A DNA stretch of 40,739 bases from Fonticula alba ATCC 38817 (lineage: Eukaryota > Protista > Nucleariida): the NCBI GenBank assembly GCA_000388065.2, contig KB932201.1, one strand, 5' to 3'. The notes beneath the pieces are model-generated. The model saw nothing but the letters and a program-made list of their open reading frames with translations, was not told where the DNA came from and did no database searches. Positions 1-9,635 of this stretch are shown here, one piece after another. The translations under genes and the position numbers were made by a program. Numbering within the stretch: the first letter of the stretch is position 1; each line of letters starts with the position of its first letter.

Positions 1-23
1 CCCCCCCTCCGTCTCCCCCCTAG

Positions 24-2406
24 CACCTGCAACTTGGACACCTTCCTCGGTCGCTTTTCCTCTACTCCAGCTCCAGTCTCCCACCATCGAGCGTGGCCAT
101 CCGCCTGATCATGACCAACAACCGGACCAGCGCTTTGCGCTACCTTCGGGACATCTACGACGCGCGGTCCCTCTTCGACAGCGAGGAGGCCAACATGCGC
201 CTGCGCAGCTTGACTCTCAAGTCCCCCTCGCGCGAGTACGACCTCGCTCTGACACATGACCCTCTCCTCGTCGGCGCATGCCTCGCCAAGCTGCTGACGC
301 CTCATCTCTGCCCTTTCTCCTTGTCTCGTCTCTTCTGTGCTCCCATCCTTCTCCCTTTGACACCCGCAACCATCCATCTTTTCATGCATACACACACACA
401 CACACAGGGAAATGACTCGGCTCTCTTTGATCTTGGTGCACTTGCACATCGACAACATTCTGGCGATTGTGGCAGGCGATGCCAGTGCCAATGACCGGCT
501 CTCGCCGGAAATGTCCCCCATTGACGGATCCACCGGGGACTCCCGGTCCCGGTCGTCCTCCATGTCCCTCGGCCTGGGGGATATTGTGTCAGCCGAGTTT
601 AGGGCTGGTGACTGTCCGTTCTGCTTTGCCTTCCTGGTTCCTTTTTTTCTTTCCCACCCTCTCCCACGCCTTCTCTGTGCCGACTGGCCGGGCTGACATT
701 CTTCCGCTTTGGATTTGGGGCCCCAACAGTTGCCAGCTTCCCAGCCAGGAGCTTCCCGGCCATCCTGGACCTGAAGAACTTGCTGATCAGCCTCTGTCGG
801 CCGCATGGGGACACTGTGGCCTCCGATGCCAGCCTCATCGACAGCAGTGAGACCTCGTTCTTGGTCTTTTTCAACATGCTCTTTGACCTCGGGTACGCTT
901 TCCCCCCCCCCCCCCCCCCCCCCGCCCCCCCCCCCACCTTTCTGCCTGCTTTGTTCTCACGCCCTGTTGCGCCTGCTGCAGCTGGATCGATCTCCTTTTC
1001 GAGGTGGCTCTCGCCTGTGGCATCATCCCCCGCCTGCTGGCTCTGCTGTCGGATGCCGTCGAGCGGCCGGTCCTTCACCCGGAGGTGTCACGCTCCATCC
1101 ACAACCCCACGATCCCGCCGCCATTCACCACCCAGCGATCCAGCTACTACCAGGGGGCCATCCTTCAAAGTCGCCACATTCGGTTTTTGCTGACACATGG
1201 TGCGCCGGATTCCTCCCTTCCTCCCCCCCCCCTCCCCACCCTGCAAAGGCCTTCCTCGAGTCTCCCCCACCCCCCTTCCCCTTGCCCCGCCTGTCCTTGC
1301 TGATCTCCTTTCCCCCCCCCCCCTCCTCTTTCCCTTCCCCCTGCGCCGGTGCCTGGCAGACAACAAGTTGGAGCTCATGAACCAGCACGCTCTCTATCCG
1401 CTGATGAGCCCGTGTGATTTCTTGGACGTCATTCTCTCTTCCATGAAAGACCCACTTGAGGTGGCGGAGTTTTTCCCCTCTTCCGCCAATGGCTGCCAAG
1501 TCTGGACCTCGGCCGCGCCCGGCTGCTGGGCGAGTACTGCACCGCCCTACGCGCCTCCCTCGCCGCGGCTGGACCAAACGTGCGCCTTGCTTTTGCCTGC
1601 CTTTCTCTTCGCCCCTCCCCCCCCCCTCCCCCGCCAGCCACGGCGACCAGGGGCGCAGGGGAAGACATGGCCGCGCGACCAATGTCCACCCCCCTTCTCC
1701 GATCCTGACTCCCCTGCTGCTTCCTTTGCTTCCTGGCGCAGATTGCCGGCTCGGCTTCGCTTCCCTCGCAGCTGGAGGTGGTCTCCTTGAGCCTGCGGGT
1801 GCTGGCCTTGTGCTTGTCCCTGCGCCGAGCTGCCTTGCGTCGGCGCGGGGGCTCCTTCACCCAGACCGAGGCCCCTGCAGCCATGTCGGCCGCTTGGCAG
1901 CCGGTCGACCGAGCGCTGTTCGCCCAGCTATTGACCGTGGCCAATGCCTGTCCAAGGACCGGTATGCATGTGTTCCCGCCCGCCCGCCCGCCCGCCCGCG
2001 CGCCCGCCCGCCCACCCCGCGCTTGGTGCCTCCCCTTCTGGCACTGACCTCCTGTCGCCCCGTTCGCCAGACGAATTCCTCTCCTTCGAGGCGGCCGTGC
2101 ACAAGCGCTTCGCCGAGGATGTTCCTCTTCTGGTGCATGCGGAGCAAACCGCCGACAGCACCCTCGCCGGGGCTTTTGGGCTGGTGGGGGAAATCGTCAC
2201 CTACCTGCTCGGCCTGGAGGAGGCTTCGCTGGCGCTGAACGTCCTCTTTGTCATGCTGAGCATTCCCTTCGATTCGCCGCGCCTGCTCTTCGAGGCCTTG
2301 ACATCGGCCTTCATGACGCACTTGTCCCTATGCCGGACGCCGGAGAGCTGTGCGTGACCTCCTTGCTCGGGGGTTTTCCCCTTTTCGCCTGCCAACATTC
2401 TGCTCT

Positions 2407-2438
<32 letters not shown>

Positions 2439-3456
2439 CCCCCCGCCCCCCCCTCTCGCCCCCCCCCCCTCCCCCCGCCCTCCCACACTGACAATATGTG
2501 CCTTTCGTGCTGGCGGCCGTGGGGCCCATCCACGCCATTCGTCCTGGCAGCCGGCCGGCTGTTCATCGAATACACGCGGCTGCTGTTCCAAAAGTTCGAG
2601 ACGACCACCGCCGCGGCCGTGACGCCCGCCTCGCGTGCCGTCTGTCTCCAGGCATTCTGCCTGCTCCTTTGCATGGTGCGCCCACGCTCGCCTACCCGGA
2701 CCCAGAGCCCGGCCGTGGATTCCCTTCCTCCCGAATGACTGACCTCGCCCGGGGGGCTCCCCTGGGGCCTGTACAGCTTTTCATGCACTGGCGCAGTCTG
2801 GATGTGGCCAGCACGCCGGTGCTGGATGCGATCGTTCGCCAGTTGCTGGAGCTGGCCGAATCGCCGGATGCACCGGGGCTCTTCGCCCCCCTGCTGACGG
2901 CCCTGCTTTCGCTCTTCCTCCTGTCGACACCTCAAGACTTCGAGTCGGCCCTGGGCAGCCTCTTGCCGAATCCGGACACTCGGCGCCTGTGTGTGGATGC
3001 CTGCCGGGCGTACTGCCAGCGTGCGGCCCCGGGGACGCTTGTGCGCGTGGGCCGCTTCGCCTTCGCCCACCAGCGCCAGGAGCAAGGCGGTGCGCTCGCT
3101 GGCCCCGCTGTCAGCCGGTTCTCCTTGCTCGTCTCTCCTTTGCCCGCCTTCTGCCCCTCCTGCTCTTGCCCCGCACCATGTCACCCTGACTCCCCATCCC
3201 CCTCTCGGGCCTCTGTTCCCTGTCCACGCGTCGGCAAAAGAAACCCGCCTGGCGTCGGTCGAGGGCAAGCGCATCTTTGGCCAGCAGATCTTCGAAAGCA
3301 TCCTTGTGCGTTGACCTCGTTCTGTCTGCCCGTGCCGGCCCGTCCTGTCCATCTATGCCGGGCCGATGGCAGCCTGTCTGACCCCTTTTTCTGCCTCTCT
3401 CCGCCCCTCCCCCGTTCCTCCCCCCCCTCCCACACACACACACACACACGCACACA

Positions 3457-3488
<32 letters not shown>

Positions 3489-4090
3489 TGCTCGCCTCGC
3501 TCCCCGCCTGCCCCCGCTGAAACATTCCCCCCGTCCTCCAGGTCCACCTGGGACGGACGGCCGACTGCCCGCGGTTCATCCTCTTCAATCCGGCGCTGGC
3601 CGCCGGAGGGGACCCCGGTCCTTCGCATGCCGGGACCCTGTCGCCGCTGCACTCGCCCACCGGTGCCCCTGGCTCCGGGGACTTGATGGTGCTCTTTTCA
3701 TGCGGGCACCATGTCCCGCAGGGGCATCTGCGCTCGGTGGCCCTCCCCGGGCTGGAGTACCGGCTGTCCATGCTGACCGGGGCTCGAAGCCCGGGGCCTC
3801 ATACGCCCAGCTCAATGGGCCCGGTCACCGGGCCGGCGGCCTTTGCCGCGGCGCTGGTGGACCCGCTGCATCGTTTGGCAGCGGTTCCCCACTCGACGGT
3901 CCTGGCCGTGGCCGACAGCGATGTGTCCATCGCCTCGGAGGCTCTATCCGAGTGGCCAGTGCCCGGAGTGCGCCCTGGAGGACTGGCCGGACTTGGCGGC
4001 CGCGCCGGCATCGGCGGCCCCTTCTCTGTGCATTCCGCCTGCCCGGCCTGCATCGGCGCCTCCCTGGCCAATGTCAAACTGCGGGGCTGA
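24..4090 (+). CDS. 5'-partial multi-exon gene; Leu-rich helical (solenoid-like) protein with degenerate C-terminal RING/Zn-like motif; family not identified
   Basis: Inferred exons: 24-235, 408-613, 730-892, 982-1199, 1360-1579, 1742-1961, 2071-2349, 2551-2675, 2777-3089, 3241-3305, 3542-4090. All junctions are GT..AG and join in frame, except a one-base discontinuity inside exon 1360-1579 (see findings). The acceptor TAG at 21-23 follows a C tract, so the gene starts upstream of the window. The C-terminus has DCPRF...VLFSCGHH...CPAC, and the stop is TGA at 4088-4090. Product identity is low confidence. Confidence 0.7.
3431..3488. repeat. Compound (CA)n/(CGCA)n microsatellite in intron of gene 1
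   Basis: Read directly. Confidence 0.95.
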
Positions 4091-4396
4091 TGCGATACGC
4101 GGCCGGCCAACTCCTGGGCATAGCCATCCGCCCGTATAGACTACCTCACACATTCACCGACGTCCATGTCCAGGAGGGGGGGGGGGGGGCCACAAAGGAG
4201 GCACACATTCTATTGGGAACAATGTCGGGAATGACAAATCCATCCCGGCGAAGGGCAGCGGAAATGCCGACTCGCGCACACCGCGCATCCGGGGAGAGGG
4301 GGGAGGCGTGATCGGAAAGATGGAGGACATGGGAATGCCGACAAAGGCGAGAGGACACGCCGCGGGCAGGGGCGAAGGTGCAGCCAGCCCGGGGCT

Positions 4397-7105
4397 CTAG
4401 TCCGAGTCAGTATCCACCGCGGGCAAGGCCGACAGGCTGGCGATCATCACCTCCAGCAGATGCATCTCATCATACACCAGAGCACCAGCGAAGAACTCGG
4501 CCGCCGACACGCCGGCCACGGGCTTCGCGTGCAGCCACACAGACGAGTGCTCCACCGAAAAGGCGTCCAAGTCGGTGGGGTCCGGCTGCTCGTACGGCTG
4601 GACCAGGCGCTCGCGCACGGCCGCCGCGCTGGGCTCGCCGTACTGGGCCAGCCGGGCGGTCAGCAGGGCCACCAGCACCTCCCGGTGCCAGAACGGCACA
4701 TGCGCCAGCGGGATCGGGTCCATGGAGATGACGGCCTCCTCGTCCTCGTCCTCGTCGGCCTCGGCCATGTCGGTGGGCTCCTCCTCGAGGTCGCTGCTCG
4801 CGTCGGCCTCCTCGGTGTCAGCAGGGGCCTTGGCCTGGTGGCCGGCGCCATGCGAGCAGGAGGCCGAGTGGGTGTGGCCCTCCTTCGGCAGGTCCAGCCC
4901 GGCCAGGCGCTCGTAGGTCATGGACGAAATGAGATCCACCACGCGGTTGAGCTCGAGCTCGGCTTCGGCACGCTTCCGACGCTCCTCGGCCATGCGCTGG
5001 CCACGCTCGCTCAGCTTGACCTTGGGCTTGCGATGGGTAAACATCTGGCGCCGGGGGGGCGCCGGCGGGGCCACCAGCGGGTGGTCCTCGGGCAGGGAGA
5101 ACAGGGCAATGGTCCGGATCAGCTCCACATCCACCAGCCCCGGACCCCGGAGCTCGTAGTAGGACATGGAGGCGAAGTGCTCGCGGTGGCGCTTGAAGAT
5201 GGCCGCCCGCCGGGCGAAGGACGCCTCCGGCAGGGTGTTCTTGAAGTGGCGCAGTACGGCCACCAGGTCCACATTGACCACCGACCGGTCGGAGGGATCG
5301 CTGCCCGGCTTGGCCCACTCGGCAAAGCCGAACTTGCTCAGGAGCCCGCCATTGGCATGGACACCGTAGACATTGAACATCTCCACACCGGCCCGGTGGA
5401 CCGGCCGCACGACCGTGATGCTGAGCGAGGTGTGGTCATCCGGGTCGCTGGCCAGGTCCCCCGGGGCCCCGGTGGTTGCCCGGGCATTCGACTTGGCAGA
5501 GGCCCGGTCGTTGGGCACCGGGGCGGCCACCGCCCCGGCCGAGATGGCCGACGCCGCCTCAATGGCGGCGCCGAACTCCGCGTCATCAAAGAAGGACTCC
5601 TCCTTGTCGTTGAGCTCGGCCTCGGCCAGGACCGTGCTCTTGAGATTGATGGTGCCGGTCTTGCCGACACGCACCTGGAAGTTGGCGCTGCCGTCCGGGC
5701 CGGCCGTCGGCATGGGGGCCTCCTCGTCGTCGGAATCCGAGTCGTCAGAGTCCGACTCCTCGCCGCCGTCGATCAGGTGCCGGTCCAGATGCGCGCAGCT
5801 CTTGGTGCTGCCGCAATCCGGGCAGGGCGGGTTCAGGCCCTCGATGTGGACGTGCTCCAGCTCCTCGCTAAGGTGGTTGAAGCTGCGCGCAGGAGCCAGG
5901 GACAGGGGGCCGACGAACGGGCCGGGTGAGCATGCATGCAGGCGAGGAGGACCCAAGCCCCAAGCAGCCGGCACAGCTGGACGTACATGTCGGCGAAGGG
6001 GACCATGCCGCTGCCATGGAGATTGTCCACGAAGAAGGCGCGCGAGGAGACCAGCGACTGGGCGTGGCAGAAGCGCTCCCAGGAGAACCACTTGTGGTCG
6101 TAGCCGAACTTCTGGGCATTCTTCTTCATCAGAGGCCGGACGACCTCGATGAACTCGTCGCGGTTGTCACGCTGAAGCGGTGGGGAGGGCGGCCCCGGGA
6201 GGAGGAGGAGGAGGTGAGCCTCGGAGCAACACGGGGGGGGGGGGGGGGGGGGGGCGGGGGATGCGCGAGAAAGGGAGGATGGCGAAGAGATGCACGCACA
6301 CGCTCATTAGGGAACTCCTGGAAGAGCTCGGTGCCCTTGGCCAGGTCGCGCTCCTCCGAGGTCCAAAGCCCGTAGACCGGCTCGAAGGCGGGCAGGGACT
6401 TGAGGTAGCCGAACCACTTGGACCTGCCGGCAGCCGCGACGGAGGGGCGTCAGTTTGGTGGCCGGATCGGAGGCGCATGAAGGGAGACAAGGGGGGGGGG
6501 GCGGGGGAGGGGGACGCACTTTTCGCCGAGGTACTGCTCGTACATGAGTGCCACCGTGGTGGCCAGGATATTGGGGATTTGTTGGCTCTTCAGGGCAGCC
6601 GCGAAGGCGGTGGTGACCGGGGTCAGACAGGCGTCCTTGGGGATGGTGCAGACTGAGTGGCGGCGTGTGCGTGTGCGTGTGCGTGTGCGTGTGCGTGTGC
6701 GTGTGCGTGTGGCAGGGCGGTGGAGGTCGTAGGGCAGGGGGGGGGGGGGGGGTTAGCGCCAAACAAGGACAAAGCAGGAGAGCACAAACGTGGCAGGGAC
6801 GCACCCGTCTCGCCGATGGTGATCGGACGCTTGGAGATGACTGCCGCGCCGTAGCCGGTCCCGCGGTAGCCGGTCACCAGCTCGATGGCCTCGCGGTTGT
6901 AGGAGATGCCCACCTCGGTGAACCACTTCTCCAGGGTGGCCAGCGCCTCGGCGGCGGAGAGGACATTCTCCGGGGCAGGGGGCGCGGCGTCCTCGGTGGC
7001 GGCACCCTCCGCCGCGGGGGTCGCTTGCGCGGCCACCGCACCGTCGAGATGCAGACGCTTGGGGTTCGGAAGCGAGAGGTCCGACTCGTGCGCGCGCTTG
7101 GTCAT
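4397..7105 (-). CDS. SET-domain N-lysine methyltransferase, SETD6/Rkm3-like (742 aa)
   Basis: Exons 7105-6805, 6652-6520, 6423-6300, 6171-5987, 5882-4397 total 2229 nt (743 codons). Motifs: GYGAAVISKRPITIGETVCTIPKDACL, SKWFGYLKSLP, SLVSSRAFFVD...GMVPFADIFNH, EMFNVYG..NGGLLSKFGF. These are typical of the SETD6/Rubisco-LSMT class. Confidence 0.9.
6665..6711. repeat. (GTGTGC)7 hexamer microsatellite in SET gene intron 1
   Basis: Seven full units at 6665-6706 plus a partial unit; lies just upstream of the acceptor on the minus strand. Confidence 0.95.
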
Positions 7106-8828
7106 GGTGAGGAGGAGAGACGTGCGAGTGCGTGAGGGGAAGTGAGAGGGGGCAGGGGGTCGGAGGAGGGGGGGGGAGGGAGGGGGTGGGAGAGACGGGG
7201 AGGGAGGGATGTGAGGAGAGGGACTGGATGCCGCCCGGGGAGAGGGGAACGGCGGGTCTCCGGGGAGGGGTCTCTTGGCCGTGAATGGTCTGCCGGCCTG
7301 CCGGGGGCACCCGGGACGCATGGGAGTGCGACCGCGGCGCGCCCAGATTGCTCCGGCCCCTCGGCCGTCCTTTCGGGCGTGCACACGCGGGAGCACAGGT
7401 GTTTGTGAGTGTGGAGGATGCTGAGAGCGGTCGGCGCGAGCGCTGGCATGTGCCGTCCCGTGAAGAGTTGCCCCCATGCGCGCGCGGCAGGCACGCGGAG
7501 ATCAGCGGGAAAAGGCCAGCGCGGGCGGTGCATGGGCACTTTGAGGGAGGAGGACAGTGGGGTCCCGTGACGTCGTCGCGCGTGAGTGTAATAATCTCCG
7601 AAGGCTTCTGCACCGACCGCGGTGCCAGGAGGTCGTGTTGGCGGCTACCGTGTTCGCTCGAGGGCAACCTTTGATGCACCGCTCCCACGGATAGCCCACC
7701 CGGAGAGCCGTGGACACATCCGGCCTGACCATCTTGTATTCTCCCAGAGCTGGAGGGCGGAGGGGGGGGTTCCTGACCGACCCGCATGACCCCGAGGGAA
7801 TGAATGGCTCTGCCGGCAAGCAGGCGGCGGGAACCAAGGGCAGGGAACAAGAGTGTGCATGTGTCTATGTGTGTGAATGTGTGCGTGCCGGTCGCCGGGC
7901 GGTTGGGGCGGCGTGTCCCGACGGGCACGGCACCGACGGCTATCTGGCGCAGTGTCCGCAGGCGCGAGCACAAACCTGCGCCCCCCCCCCCCCCCCCAAC
8001 ATCTCATATTTGGCGGGCTGGCGTGTGCTGGCCGAAACATGCGATCCGGCATGTGCATACCCCAGGCCCCCGAGGCCTCGATGGCCGACCGGCCCAGCAC
8101 CGACCCCGGTGTCCGTGGCCCGGCCCCCCGCCCCGGGTCCTGTCTCTCTCGAGGGAAAATGCCGCCACTCGGTTCCGCACGCGGTGACCCGAGAAAAAGT
8201 GTCGACCACCCCCTTCCCCCCGGCCCCGACGGAGGGACTTCAACACGCCGCCTGCCAAGCCGTGGGCTACACCGAACCGCGTCAGCCGGTCGGGGGCGTT
8301 CTACCTTTTCAGTCGCGCCATTTTTAAGGCGGCGATCCAGAACCACCGGGGTGGCTTCCGCGCTTCGCGGCGAGCAAAGGCGACACATGCTGCTCGCCGG
8401 CCGGCCGGCCGGTCTGGCCCGGAGAGTTGGACCTGCTGCCCCGAAGGCCAGGCGGTCCGACGGGGGGGGGGGGGCGCGGCCAGCCGGCGGGCCGGGCTCC
8501 TGAAGCAATCGGCCCCAGGGGAAAAGGGCCCCCGTTCAGCGAGTGCCCCCAGCCGGGGACAGGCCCCACACCCCAGGCCCCGGTTGTGGAAGGGCCGGGG
8601 CGGGGGGCGAGCACCGAAGACGAACCGCCCGATGAATCAGGGGCCCAGTGCCGGTGGGAAGCCATCGCCCCTCCTCCCCCCCCCCCCCCCCGGCTGAGGG
8701 GTCTGCTCTGTCCGAGGGGCGGGCGACTCAAGAGGCCCCGGGGGCGCTCACGCACGCGCGGGCGAGCGGGCGCGCGTGAGCGCCATCATCCCCTTCGCAG
8801 GAGCCGACCACGGGGGCGTTACGAACCA

Positions 8829-8864
8829 TTGTTGTTATTGTTGTTGTCGCTGTTATTGTTATGT
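8829..8864. repeat. Imperfect (TTG)n AT-rich tract in divergent intergenic region
   Basis: TTGTTGTTATTGTTGTTGTCGCTGTTATTGTTATG read directly. Confidence 0.8.
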
Positions 8865-9445
8865 TCTTTCTACCGGGGGGACGGCCCCGCACGCCGGGGC
8901 GCGCGCGCAGATCGCCCCGGAGTGGCCTGCCTCGGAGTCAGCCCGGAGAAGGCCGGCGCCCGGGACCAAATGAGGCGCCAGGACGACTCGGCTACGCGCA
9001 CGCGCAGACACCCGTGCGCCGGGGGGGGGGGGGGGGAAGTACACGCACACATGTGCGCGAGCGGTCAGCCGGGGCTGGCAATCTTCCTGGGGCCCGCCCG
9101 ACGCGGCGCTCTGTCCTGGCCGCCGCCCCAGCCATCCCCACTGGGGCCCCCCGGGGCGCTGTGTGCACTAATTAGCCCGCACAAGAAAGGGGGCCCGCTT
9201 GCCTGGTTGCTCCGCGGTTGCCGCGTCGCGCGCGTCGATCTCGCGACCTGTCTGTCTCCGCCCCCCGTCTGCCCGCAGTCCCAGGCAGGCGGTGGACGGA
9301 AGCAACTGCCTGCTAACGAAGGCACCCACAGAGGGGCGCGAGGGGGGGGGGGGAGAGAGAGGGAAAAAAAGAGGATATCCACCCTTTTCTCGGCCGGGGA
9401 ACCTATGCACCTCATCGTCTTCTTTCTCCACTACCTCCTCTCCCC

Positions 9446-9475
9446 NNNNNNNNNNNNNNNNNNNNNNNNNNNNNN
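9446..9475. other. Assembly gap (30 N)
   Basis: N run flanked by C-rich sequence. Confidence 1.
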
Positions 9476-9635
9476 CCATCAGGGCCCCTGGCTTTTCTCC
9501 CGCCCCCTGTCCCCCCTGTCCCCCCTCCCCATCCTCAGACACGCCTCGCCTCGCCACCCATCCAGCCTCCGCCGTCATCACCGGCACCCTCCCGTTGTCG
9601 CTCTTGCAGTTGCACTGCCATCACGCCCCTCGCCA

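Noticed and set aside
2734-2740. TGA after DSLPPE as possible selenocysteine, readthrough or frameshift
   Set aside because: It lies inside a canonical intron, 2676-2776 (GTGCGC...CTGAC...TACAG), that joins the frames.
4460-5929. 489-aa + strand ORF (and similar long ORFs opposite real exons, e.g. 11169-12413, 36575-37708, 37230-38669)
   Set aside because: Antisense shadows of GC-rich coding exons; no family motifs.
7590-7720. Two hairpins followed by ACA, resembling an H/ACA snoRNA
   Set aside because: No ANANNA H box between the hairpins and no clear pseudouridylation pockets; such stems are common in GC-rich DNA.
8427-9635. 5' part of the 1270-aa ORF 8427-12239
   Set aside because: Low-complexity Pro/Arg/Gly translation crossing an N gap. 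A signal-like segment starts at ATG 9636, and the ORF reads through introns in mixed frames.
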